Shown here: positions 1 through 11,547 of the stretch, piece after piece
Position numbering within the stretch: the stretch's first letter is position 1
How the letters are laid out: each line of letters opens with the position of its first letter
From: Candidatus Eiseniibacteriota bacterium
GTDB taxonomy: Bacteria > Eisenbacteria > RBG-16-71-46
Direction: 5' to 3'
Assembly (NCBI GenBank): GCA_038231135.1
Contig: JBBRLX010000041.1
Location: 1-29,053 of the forward strand
DNA: 29,053 nt
Position numbers and translations under genes: made by a program
Notes under the pieces: model-generated
Database searches by the model: none
What the model was told of the DNA's origin: nothing
What the model saw: only the letters and a program-made list of their open reading frames with translations

Positions 1-20
1 GTCTCCCGTTCGAGCTTCAT
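1..20 (-). CDS. Possible 5' end of a gene running off the left edge (MKLERE...)
   Basis: Minus-strand ATG at 20 with GGAGG about 11 nt upstream. Only 6 codons are visible. Confidence 0.3.
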
Positions 21-146
21 CGCGCGGCGCCCTCCGTGGTCTCCCCGGAGAATGCCCGCTTCGCTCATTCATGTCCGAATCGGGAGGAGGGTGCGGCAAT
101 CTGGGTGTCGCCTTACGAGTAGGCTAGGCCGTCGCGCGACAATTAT

Positions 147-1505
147 GGGGCTTCGGACTTTGGTGTGGCTGAGAAAGCGGTCTGAAGGCCTGATAGGCTG
201 CGTGCGGACCCTTTCCCCAAGGACGCGCGATGACGATCGACAGCCGGACGCTGTACGCGACACTGCTGGGCCTGAAGGCGCCGTGGGAGATCACGGACGT
301 GGAGTTGAAGCAGCCGCCGGGCGAGGTGCATATCCGGGTGGCGCTGCCCGAGGGCACGCTGTGGGTCTGTCCGCAGTGTGGCGCTGCAGCCCCGATCCAC
401 GATCACCAGGAGCGCACGTGGCGTCATCTCGACACCTGCCAGTGCCCGACGATCGTGCATGCGCGGGTGCCGCGGCTGAAGTGCACGACACACGGGATCA
501 AACAGTTGCCGGTGCCGTGGGCCGAGGCTGGCTCGCGGTTCACGGCGATGTTCGAGGCGCTGGCGATCGACTGGTTGAAGTGCGCGAGCGTCAAGGCCGT
601 GGCGAAGCAGTTGCGGATCAGCTGGGCGGAAGCCGACGGCATCATGCAGCGCGCGGTACGGCGCGGCCTGGAGCGACGGACGCTCGAGGCGCCGCGTCAC
701 GCGGGCGTCGACGAGACGAGCTTCCAGAAGCGGCACGAGTACGTGACGGTCTTGAGCGATCTGGAGCGCAGTGTCGTCGTCCATATCGCCGACGATCGCG
801 GGCGCGAGGCGCTCGATAGCTTCTGGACGCGCTTGCGCGAGGATCAGCGGGCGCAGGTCGAGGCGGTGGCGATGGACATGTGGGAGCCGTACATCCAATC
901 GACGCTCGCGCACCTGCCGGGTGCCGAGGGCAAGATCGTGTTCGACAAGTTCCACGTCGCTCAACATCTCGGTGACGCCGTCGACCGGGTCCGCAAGCAG
1001 GAGCTGCGTTCGGGGCTGGCCGCGGGCGATCCGGTCCTCAAGGGCACCAAGTACCGTTGGCTCGAGAACCCGCGGGGCCGAACCTGGGTCGAAGCGCGCG
1101 CGTTCAGCCTGCTGCGCTCGCTCGCGCCGCGCGTCGGCCGCGCGAGGGCGCTGCGGGAAGCGGCGATGGCGCTGTGGTCACTGGCTTATCCGGGGGCGGC
1201 CGACCGGAACTTCACGGTCTGGTATCGCTGGGCGCGCCGCAGCCGGCTCGAGCCCATGCGCAAGGTGGCCGCGATGATCAGGCGTTATTGGGCGAACATC
1301 CGGACCTACTTCACGCATCGCATCACCAACGCTGGAGCAGAGTCGATGAACGCCAAGATCCAATCGGCGAAGCGGCAGGCCTGCGGGTTCCGCAACCGCG
1401 CCCGCTTCCGCACCGCGATCTACTTCCACTGCGGCGGGCTCAACCTCTACCCCGCCTGCGCGTGGTCAGGCGCATGATTCCAGCCACACCAAAGTCGGAA
1501 GACCC
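147..1505 (+). mobile_element. ISL3-family insertion sequence
   Basis: Terminal inverted repeats GGGGCTTCGGACTTTGGTGTGGCTG (147-171) and the reverse complement of 1481-1505, GGGTCTTCCGACTTTGGTGTGGCTG, match at 23/25 and enclose an ISL3 transposase. Flanks are CAATTAT (140-146) and CAATTAC (1506-1512). Confidence 0.92.
230..1477 (+). CDS. ISL3-family transposase (415 aa)
   Basis: N-terminal zinc finger (CPQC...HARVPRLKC), VPWA motif, DDE-type motifs GVDETSF, AMDMW, FDKFHV, TNAGAESMN and GFRN. AAGGA RBS before the ATG. Confidence 0.95.
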   Translation: MTIDSRTLYATLLGLKAPWEITDVELKQPPGEVHIRVALPEGTLWVCPQCGAAAPIHDHQERTWRHLDTCQCPTIVHARVPRLKCTTHGIKQLPVPWAEAGSRFTAMFEALAIDWLKCASVKAVAKQLRISWAEADGIMQRAVRRGLERRTLEAPRHAGVDETSFQKRHEYVTVLSDLERSVVVHIADDRGREALDSFWTRLREDQRAQVEAVAMDMWEPYIQSTLAHLPGAEGKIVFDKFHVAQHLGDAVDRVRKQELRSGLAAGDPVLKGTKYRWLENPRGRTWVEARAFSLLRSLAPRVGRARALREAAMALWSLAYPGAADRNFTVWYRWARRSRLEPMRKVAAMIRRYWANIRTYFTHRITNAGAESMNAKIQSAKRQACGFRNRARFRTAIYFHCGGLNLYPACAWSGA

Positions 1506-1506
1506 C

Positions 1507-2245
1507 AATTACAATCCGACGTCGGTGTTCAACAACACACGTGTCCAGCGATGAGCTTGCCCTCGACCCATCGTTTTGTGGTGCAACATCCGGAGAGTTT
1601 CATCTCCAAGATGATTCAACGTTACTGGCGGCTCAGGGCTGCGGACCGATTGGGGCCTTGGGTCAGGGCTGTCACGATTCGGTGACGACGGCCACTCGCA
1701 TTGCGCAGTTTACTGCCGATCGGGTGGCGGATGGAGTACGCCTGGATTGGAGCTTTGCGGGACTGGGCGCGAATGGGGTCGTGTTGGAGAGGTCGGCTGG
1801 CGTTGATGGACCGTGGCTGGTGCCGGAGACGGAGATGTCCAGGCTCCGAGATGGAATCGTGGCTCTTGATCGAACAGCAGATCCGCTCGTGGTGTACTGG
1901 TACAGGCTTGTTGAAGTGGCAGGCGGGTCGACGGTGGTCGTAGGGGCGCCAATTCGAGTTGAGCCAACCGAGGTGATCGCTTCGAGCATCATTACCGTGA
2001 GTCCGAACCCAGGTGGCGGCCCGCTCAGCGTCGAGTTTGATCTTGCGCAAAGAGCGTCCGTGGATATTGAACTGTTCGACTTGCAGGGTCGACGCCTGGC
2101 AATCCTCGAGCATGGCGTCCTGGCCGCCGGAAGGCATGTGGCGCGGTGGTCTGATGCAGCGGGGAAGGGACGATCAGGGATCTTCTTCGTACGCTATCGA
2201 TTCCCCGGTGGCCAGGACACACGACGGATCGTCCGTACGCAGTAA
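1507..2245 (+). pseudogene. 3' fragment of a secreted-protein gene (end of a beta-helix-type domain plus C-terminal FlgD-Ig/T9SS-like domain), truncated at the IS
   Basis: ORF 1541-2245 has no RBS or signal peptide. It starts with DPSFC...GEFHL...CGPIGALGQGC, a motif that usually ends parallel beta-helix proteins, and ends with SPNP...FDLQGRRLA...W...SGIFFVR. More A/T-ending codons than the neighbouring genes. Confidence 0.65.
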
Positions 2246-2286
2246 GGCAGTCGGATCGCGAGGAACAGCCGAGCCGACGTGATGCC

Positions 2287-5097
<2,811 letters not shown>

Positions 5098-5112
5098 GAT
5101 GTGCGCATTCGG

Positions 5113-5553
5113 TCAACGTGAATGCTCCTGTTGGATGGGGATCTCGGCGCGCCGGGCGCCGGGCGCCGGCACCAGGCTGATCTCGAGCATCCCGTCGTGA
5201 TATCGCGCCTCGACCTGATTCTCGTCCGCGGACCACGGCAACTCGATGACCCGCTTGAATTCACCGAAGTAGATTTCGGCGCGATGGTAGCTGGCGCCGC
5301 TCGCTCCATGCGGCGGTTCACGCCGTCCGGTGATCTCGAGCACCTTGCCGTGGAGCCGCACGCGCACGTTCTCGCGGGGCACCCCGGCCAGTTCCAGGAT
5401 CACGCGCGCCGAGTCCTCGTTCACGACGAGATCGGCGGGTGGCGACCAGGTGGCCTCCCCGAAATGCGACGCTGGGTGCCGGTGATAGACGAGGTCATGG
5501 AACAGGCGCTGGACCTCGCGCTGCAGACCCTCGAACGAATCGTCATGAGCCAT
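5113..5553 (-). CDS. Hsp20/alpha-crystallin small heat shock protein (146 aa)
   Basis: WSPPADL, ELAGV, EIYFGEFKRVIELP, ARYHDGMLEI. GGGAG RBS 8 nt before the ATG at 5553. Lies directly upstream of lon. Confidence 0.93.
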   Translation of the reverse strand: MAHDDSFEGLQREVQRLFHDLVYHRHPASHFGEATWSPPADLVVNEDSARVILELAGVPRENVRVRLHGKVLEITGRREPPHGASGASYHRAEIYFGEFKRVIELPWSADENQVEARYHDGMLEISLVPAPGARRAEIPIQQEHSR

Positions 5554-5590
5554 GGCGGGCGCTCCCATGCGGCGGCGGGTTAGGTCTGGG

Positions 5591-5619
5591 AGCGTAGCGC
5601 ACGCAGCGGAATGGGGCAA
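5591..5619 (-). promoter_or_regulatory. Putative sigma70-type promoter for hsp20-lon
   Basis: Minus strand TTGCCC-N17-TACGCT, 37 nt upstream of the hsp20 start. Confidence 0.5.
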
Positions 5620-5639
5620 AAACCGCCCACAGGGCGGCT
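5618..5639 (-). terminator. Putative intrinsic terminator downstream of the GH1 gene
   Basis: Minus strand AGCCGCCC-TGT-GGGCGG-TTTTT: GC stem followed by a U-tract. Confidence 0.5.
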
Positions 5640-5993
5640 GGCTGTCGCGAGCTCCGGCACGCCGCGACGGGACCGCCAGGAACCGCGGGCGCCGCCGGGG
5701 CCTGCCCGCCGCGGGGCTCGGAGCTACGACGACCGGGAGCGGCCGCGGCGGTGCACCGGCCCCGAGCCGGACTCGGCCTGGAGGGCCGGGCTCACGTTTT
5801 CGAGCAACAGCCCGGCATCGACGCCGGCTCGTCGCGGATCTCGGTCGAGTGCGTCGTCCGCGTATGGGTCGCGCGCGAGCGGTTGCCGGCCACGGCGCCG
5901 ACGGCGAAGCAGGTCAGCGGCCGGAATCGTTGGGACCAAGAGCCCGGGACCTGGGAGCGACGTGCCTGCGACCGGCGCGCCCCGTGTATGCCG

Positions 5994-7394
5994 TCAGGGT
6001 TCCGGGTCCGGCGCGGGCCCGGTGGCCGCGCGTTCGGCGGGCTGCGCCACGGTGATCGCGTTCGCCGCGGCGATCCGCGAGAACACGTTGGCGCTCGCGG
6101 TTCTGCGCCGTGGGCGCTCGGGGTCCTGGAAGTCCACGCCATAGAGCCCAAATCGCCCTCGATATCCGTCGGCCCACTCGAAATTGTCGAGCAGCGACCA
6201 GTGCAGGTAGCCGCAGACGTGCGAGCCCTGCTCGATCGCCCCGGCCAGCGCCGCCAGCGAATCCGTCAGTGCCTTGGGCCGGAACGCATCGCCGGCGTCG
6301 GCGAAGCCGTGCTCGGTGACGAGCACCGGGATCTCGCGGCGGTTCGCCCCCACGGCGTCGGGCAGCGCGGCCTGCACCGCGCGCGCCGCCGTGGCGGCCC
6401 GCGCCACGGCGTGCGCCAGGCCCTCGGGCCACACTTCCCAGCCGAGATCGTTGACGGTGGCGGTCCGCCGCACCACGTGCGGCCTGGGACCGGTCGCGCG
6501 CACCCGCCAGCGCGTGTAGTAGTTGAGGCCGAAGAAGTCCATGGCGCCGGCCAGCTCGGGAACGTGGCGCCGCACGCCGCGCGCGCCGGGGATGAACAGG
6601 TCGATGTCGCCGTGCACCGCCGCGCGGTTCACCGCCCCGTTGAACACGCGATCTTCGAAATTGGCGCGAACGCTGTCGAGCGGCGCCCACCACCGGTCGC
6701 CCTCGAGCTGGACGAGGTGCTTGGTGAACCCGACCACCGCGGCGCGCCCGTCGCCGTCGGCATCGGCGCGATCCTCCGCGTGGAGGATGCGGTAGGCGCG
6801 GGCGTGAGCCTCGAGCAGGTTCGCCATCACCTCGAGTGCCGCGCTGTCGTCCTGGCGCGCCGGCGGCCAGATGCCTTCGGAGTAGGCGCGGAACGCGTAC
6901 ACCTCGGGTTCGTTGACCGTGCACCACCAGTCCACCTCGCCGCCGTACTCGCGCGCGCAGAACCGCACGAACTCGCCGAACGCATCGATCGTGGCGCGCG
7001 ATTCCCAGCCGCCGGCGTCGGCGATCCACAGCGGGTTCGTGAAGTGGTGCAGCGTGACGATCGGGAGCAGGCCGTGGCGCTTCAACGACGCGAACACGTC
7101 GTGATAGTGGGCCACCGCGGCGGCGTCGATCTGGCCGCGCGTGGGCTCGATGCGGCTCCACTCGATCGACAGGCGGTGGGCGTTGTGGCCGTCGTGCTGC
7201 GCGCGGCCGAAGTCCTCGTCGAACCATTCCCAGTGCCGGCACGCGGCGCCGCTCGTGGTGCCGTCGGCGATCGCGCCCGGCTGCTGCTCGAACCGCCACC
7301 AGTCGTTGAACCGGTTGCCGCCTTCGACCTGGTGCGCCGAGGTGCCGGCGCCCCACAGGAACCCCGGTGGGAATCGCAGCGTGGCGCCGCTCAC
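5994..7394 (-). CDS. Glycoside hydrolase family 1 (beta-glucosidase-like, 466 aa)
   Basis: FPPGFLWGAGTSAHQVEG, RLSIEWSRIEP, TLHHFTNP, acid/base TVNEP, GLNYY, nucleophile region VTEHG, WSLLDNFEWADG. GTG start overlaps the upstream TGA (GTGA). Confidence 0.95.
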   Translation of the reverse strand: MSGATLRFPPGFLWGAGTSAHQVEGGNRFNDWWRFEQQPGAIADGTTSGAACRHWEWFDEDFGRAQHDGHNAHRLSIEWSRIEPTRGQIDAAAVAHYHDVFASLKRHGLLPIVTLHHFTNPLWIADAGGWESRATIDAFGEFVRFCAREYGGEVDWWCTVNEPEVYAFRAYSEGIWPPARQDDSAALEVMANLLEAHARAYRILHAEDRADADGDGRAAVVGFTKHLVQLEGDRWWAPLDSVRANFEDRVFNGAVNRAAVHGDIDLFIPGARGVRRHVPELAGAMDFFGLNYYTRWRVRATGPRPHVVRRTATVNDLGWEVWPEGLAHAVARAATAARAVQAALPDAVGANRREIPVLVTEHGFADAGDAFRPKALTDSLAALAGAIEQGSHVCGYLHWSLLDNFEWADGYRGRFGLYGVDFQDPERPRRRTASANVFSRIAAANAITVAQPAERAATGPAPDPEP

Positions 7395-7714
7395 GGGCGG
7401 TCGCCGGCGGGGGCGAGCACGTCCTCGATCAGCGCGCGGATCGCCATCGCCGACGGGAAGCCCAGCGTCGTGATCGCGAGCAGCGCGACGTGCCGGATCT
7501 CGTCGGGCGTGGCGCCGGCCTCGAGCGCACGCCGGGCGTGCGAGTGGACCGCGCCCTCGATGCGGGCGCCCGCGGCGAGCGCGAGCTTCACCAGTTCGGC
7601 CTGGGCGGCGTCCAGCGGACCCGCCGCGCGGGTGGCGTCGCCGAGTGCTTCGTAGGCCTGGACGACCTCGGGCTGCGCGGCGCGGAACGTCTGATAGAAC
7701 CCCGGCAGTTTCAT
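7391..7714 (-). CDS. Carboxymuconolactone decarboxylase (CMD/AhpD-like) family protein
   Basis: GPLD..AELVKLALAAG..GAVHSHARRALEAGATPDEI..TTLGFP. GGAGG RBS. No CxxC motif. Confidence 0.9.
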   Translation of the reverse strand: MKLPGFYQTFRAAQPEVVQAYEALGDATRAAGPLDAAQAELVKLALAAGARIEGAVHSHARRALEAGATPDEIRHVALLAITTLGFPSAMAIRALIEDVLAPAGDRP

Positions 7715-7804
7715 CGCATCCCTCCGTGGCGCGTATTCTCAAACGACCCTTATGGCGCGATCCATCGAGTGTCGATTTCAGCATAACGCTTATATGAGGC
7801 AAAC

Positions 7805-8734
7805 GTGACGGACCCGGTAACGGGACATGCGGTGCGCGGCTCGGGTGCCGCCGGCGTGCGGCTCGGCGACGGCTGGCAGTCCCGCGTGCCCGCGGCGTGG
7901 CTCGAGCGCTGGCGGCCGCAACGTTTCGAGCTCGACGGCGGCTGGACGGAAGTCGTGGTGATGGGCGACGGGCCGCCGCTCGTACTGCTGCCGCCGCTAC
8001 CCGGCTACAAGGAGGCGTGGATCGCGTGCGCCGCGGCGCTCGCGCCGGAGTTCCGCGTGATCACGTTCGATCTGCGCCATCGATTCCGGGGCCCGCCGTC
8101 ATGGGACGCGCTGGTCGAGGACATGCGCCGCATCCTGGACGTGCACGCCCCGGGCGCCGCCGGAGTCGCCGGGCATTCGCTCGGCGGCGCACTCGCGCAG
8201 CGCTGGGCGCTCGCGCATCCCGAACGCGTGTCCGCGCTCGTGCTGTCGAGCACGTTCGCGCGCGTGACGAATCCACCCGGCAATCGCTGGGGGCGCTTCG
8301 TGGAGCAGCCGTTCGTGCTCGCCGGCCAGCGGTGGCTGCCGGCGGCACTGGCGCGGCCGATCGCGCGCCGGCTCGCCGCGCGTGGCGCGTGGGTGTACGA
8401 CACGTCCTGCGACGACGCGGTGCTCGATCTGGTGCGGCACTGCATCCGCGACATCGGGCCGCGCGGCGCGCTGCTCACGGTGCGGCTCGCGATGGCGCAC
8501 GACACACGGGCGACGCTGGGCGCGCTCGTGCCGCCCACGCGCATCGTGGTCGGCGAGCTCGAGAACGTGTTCTACCGCGACGCGATCGCCGAGCTGCGCC
8601 GGTTGCTGCCCGCCGCAGAGTTCGCCGTGTCGCCCGGCGCGAGCCATCTGCACCTGCTGTCGAACGCGAACTGGCTCGCGGATCAGATCGCCGGCTGGAT
8701 GCGCGCGCCGCGGGCGCGTGCTAGCGTTCGCTGA
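7805..8734 (+). CDS. Alpha/beta-fold hydrolase
   Basis: GDGPPLVLL, FRVITFDLR, nucleophile elbow GHSLGG, HPERVSALVL, C-terminal GASH. Stop overlaps the MFS start (TGATG). Confidence 0.88.
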   Translation: MTDPVTGHAVRGSGAAGVRLGDGWQSRVPAAWLERWRPQRFELDGGWTEVVVMGDGPPLVLLPPLPGYKEAWIACAAALAPEFRVITFDLRHRFRGPPSWDALVEDMRRILDVHAPGAAGVAGHSLGGALAQRWALAHPERVSALVLSSTFARVTNPPGNRWGRFVEQPFVLAGQRWLPAALARPIARRLAARGAWVYDTSCDDAVLDLVRHCIRDIGPRGALLTVRLAMAHDTRATLGALVPPTRIVVGELENVFYRDAIAELRRLLPAAEFAVSPGASHLHLLSNANWLADQIAGWMRAPRARASVR

Positions 8735-10080
8735 TGCCCGAGTCACCACCCCTGACGCCGGGCGCCCCTGCCGCGGCGCCCGCGGCTTCCGCCGGTCCGT
8801 CGCCGTCCGACACCGCGCCCGCGCCGTTCCCGTTGCACGATCGCTTCCGATCGCTGCGCCACCGCAATTTCCGGCTCTACTGGCTGGGCCAGCTCACGTC
8901 GCTGATCGGCACCTGGATGCAGAGCGTCGCCCAGGGCTGGCTGATGCACCGGCTGACGTCGTCGCCGTTCATGCTCGGGTTCCTCGCGTTCACGCAATTC
9001 GTGCCGGTGCTGATGTTCAGCCTGTGGGCCGGCGTGATCGCGGACCGCGTCGACAAACGGCGCCTGCTGCTGATCACGCAATCGGGGTTTCTCATCCAGG
9101 CGGCGCTGCTGGCCACGCTGGTGTCGCTGAACGTGGCACAGCCGTGGATGGTGCTAGTGATGGCGTTCGTCTACGGCACGCTCAACGCGTTCGACCTGCC
9201 GGTGCGCCAGGCGTTCCTCGTTGAGCTGGTCGGCAAGGAGGACCTGACGAACGGCATCGCGCTCAACTCGGCTGCGTTCAACACCGCGCGCGTGATCGGG
9301 CCGGCAATCGCCGGCGTGCTGGTGGCGACGATCGGCGAAGCCGGCTGCTTCTGGATCAACGCGGTGTCCTACATCGCCGTGATCGCGAGCCTGATCCAGA
9401 TCCGCATCGCGCACACCGCGGCCGGTGCTGTCACGCGCACCGGTTCGTCGCTGATCGAGGGCGTGCGCTACGCGATCGCGACCGGGCCGATCCGGAACCT
9501 GCTCGGCCTGCTCGGGTTCATCTCCGGGCTCGGGTTCCAGTTCATGGTGCTGCTGCCGGTTTACGCACGCGACATCCTGCACTCCGACGCGATGGGCTTC
9601 GGCTGGCTGGTGTCGTCGTTCGGCGTGGGCTCGCTGCTGTCGGCGGTGTTGATGACGCGCCGCGTGGAGCGCTGGGACCTGCGACGCAACCTGATGATCG
9701 GCCTCATCAGCGCCGCGATCGGCATGGGCGGCTTCGCGTGGTCGCGCTCGATGCCACTGTCGCTCGCGGCCGGGTTCCTCGCGGGCTTCGGCCTGATCCT
9801 CTACGTCGCGAGCACGAACACGCTGCTGCAACTCACCACCGAAGACCGCATGCGCGGGCGGGTGATGAGCCTCTACACGCTGATGTTCATCGGCACCGCG
9901 CCGTTCGGGGCGCTGATCTGCGGCGTAATCGCCCAGCGTTACGGCGCGCCGTGGGCGACGTCGCTCAGCGCGTTCACGCTGCTGCTCGGCGCGATCTGGA
10001 TCACGCATCGACTTCGGGTCATTGCCGCGCGCGAGGCGGCGGCGGTCGCGCCGCCCACGCATATCGAAAAGCTGGGATAG
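8734..10080 (+). CDS. MFS transporter (EntS/DUF894-like exporter)
   Basis: SLRHRNFRLYWLGQ..SLIGTWMQ, motif A GVIADRVDKRRLL, FNTARVIGPAIAG, RGRVMSLY and about 12 hydrophobic segments. Confidence 0.93.
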   Translation: MPESPPLTPGAPAAAPAASAGPSPSDTAPAPFPLHDRFRSLRHRNFRLYWLGQLTSLIGTWMQSVAQGWLMHRLTSSPFMLGFLAFTQFVPVLMFSLWAGVIADRVDKRRLLLITQSGFLIQAALLATLVSLNVAQPWMVLVMAFVYGTLNAFDLPVRQAFLVELVGKEDLTNGIALNSAAFNTARVIGPAIAGVLVATIGEAGCFWINAVSYIAVIASLIQIRIAHTAAGAVTRTGSSLIEGVRYAIATGPIRNLLGLLGFISGLGFQFMVLLPVYARDILHSDAMGFGWLVSSFGVGSLLSAVLMTRRVERWDLRRNLMIGLISAAIGMGGFAWSRSMPLSLAAGFLAGFGLILYVASTNTLLQLTTEDRMRGRVMSLYTLMFIGTAPFGALICGVIAQRYGAPWATSLSAFTLLLGAIWITHRLRVIAAREAAAVAPPTHIEKLG

Positions 10081-10185
10081 TTAGGTGCGAAGCACGAGTG
10101 CGGGGGGTGGGGGGGACACTCCACTGCATTGCGCTCCGCGCGATGATGTCTCATTCGCGGCGGTCACGAGTTCATGGAGGCAAGC

Positions 10186-11544
10186 ATGACGCAGCCATCG
10201 GCTCCGGATCCGGCGGAATCTCTGCATGCGTCGGACGCCGCGACGTCGGGCGTGGCCGCGGTGCGCGGCGCGATCACCGCCGCCGCGAACACCCGCGATG
10301 GGATCCTCGACGCCACGCGTCGATTGCTCGAGGCGCTGGTGGCCGCGAACGGCCTCGAGCCGCGGCGCATCGTGAGCGCGATCTTCACCGTCACCGCCGA
10401 TCTCGATGCCGAGTTCCCCGCCCACGCCGCGCGCTCGATGGGCTGGTCCGACGTGCCGCTGCTGTGCGCGCGCGAGATCGACGTCGCGGGGTCGCTGGCG
10501 CGCGTGATCCGCGTGCTGATCACTTTGAACGGGCTGCCGCCCGGAGCGCGGCTGGTGCCGATGTACTTGGATGGCGCCGCGGCGCTGCGACCCGATCTTG
10601 CTTTGACGCCGCCGCTCCGCGATGAAGAGCGCCGCACGGTCGCGATTGTCGGGCTCGGCCAGATCGGCGGCTCGATCGGCTTGGCGCTCGGCCGGCGCGG
10701 TGGCTGGTGGCGCGTGGGATTCGATGCCGATGCGAACACGCTCGCCGAAGCCCGCGCGCGGGGCGCCATCGATGTCGCCGCCACGTCGCTGGCAGACGCC
10801 TGCGCCGGCGCCGCGCTGGCGGTGATCGCGGTGCCGGTCGACGCGATGGTGCCCGCGATCGCCGCCGCCGCGGCCGCGCTGCCGCGCGGCGCCGCATTGA
10901 TCGACACCGGCAGCACGCGGCGCGGGATCACCCCGGCGCTGGAACGCGCGCGGGATTCGGGAGTTCGAGCGGTCGGTGGACACCCGCTCGCGGGCTCGGA
11001 AGGGCGAGGCTTCGACGCGGCGCGTGCCGATCGATTCGAAGGCGCGACGTTCGTTGTGCTGCCGCTGTCCCGGCGCGGAGCGCCAGTCAATGCCTCCGGG
11101 GCGCCGCTTGGCTCCGCGACCGGGGCCGCGCCGTCCGTACAGGGCGTGACATCCGCGGCGACAGAAAAATCTGAGCTTCGCTCGGATATCCCCGCCGAAG
11201 TCGTGGCATTCGTCGCCGATCTCGGCGCCACGCTCGAGATCGTTGACCCCTACACGCACGACCGCGCGCTTGCTCGCACGAGTCACTTGCCGTATCTGCT
11301 GGCGTGCGCGCTGCGGGACGTCGGCACCGGGGCGGCCGAGGCAGGTCTCGCGGGCCCCTCGTTCCGCGATGGCACGCGCGTGGCGCGTAGCGACCCCGCG
11401 ATGGCGCTGGGCTACTGCCGCGCGAATGCCGCCGAAGTCGCCGACGCGTGGCGCGAGTTGCGCGCGCGGGTGGATGTGGATGTACAACGGCTGTGGCCCG
11501 ACGCCCCGACTGGCCCCGGGGCCAGTTCTGCTGACGTACGCTGA
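10186..11544 (+). CDS. Fusion of AroH-class chorismate mutase and prephenate dehydrogenase (TyrA)
   Basis: N-domain VRGAIT, IFTVTADLDAEFPA, VPLLCAREIDV, VIRVL, YLDGAAALRPDL (B. subtilis AroH pattern). C-domain IVGLGQIGGS, DTGS, GGHPLAGSE, HDRALARTSHLP, GPSFRDGTRVA. GGAGG RBS 5 nt before the ATG at 10186. Confidence 0.9.
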   Translation: MTQPSAPDPAESLHASDAATSGVAAVRGAITAAANTRDGILDATRRLLEALVAANGLEPRRIVSAIFTVTADLDAEFPAHAARSMGWSDVPLLCAREIDVAGSLARVIRVLITLNGLPPGARLVPMYLDGAAALRPDLALTPPLRDEERRTVAIVGLGQIGGSIGLALGRRGGWWRVGFDADANTLAEARARGAIDVAATSLADACAGAALAVIAVPVDAMVPAIAAAAAALPRGAALIDTGSTRRGITPALERARDSGVRAVGGHPLAGSEGRGFDAARADRFEGATFVVLPLSRRGAPVNASGAPLGSATGAAPSVQGVTSAATEKSELRSDIPAEVVAFVADLGATLEIVDPYTHDRALARTSHLPYLLACALRDVGTGAAEAGLAGPSFRDGTRVARSDPAMALGYCRANAAEVADAWRELRARVDVDVQRLWPDAPTGPGASSADVR

Positions 11545-11547
11545 CGT

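Noticed and set aside
5554..5640. CIRCE or other heat-shock operator upstream of hsp20-lon
   Set aside because: No TTAGCACTC-N9-GAGTGCTAA or convincing equivalent is present.
7395..7802. 602-aa version of the GH1 ORF
   Set aside because: The extension overlaps the CMD gene in another frame. GH1 similarity starts just after the GTG at 7394.
10102..10115. G-run (GGGGGGTGGGGGGG) as a G-quadruplex or phase-variable tract
   Set aside because: Only two runs, intergenic, with no supporting context.
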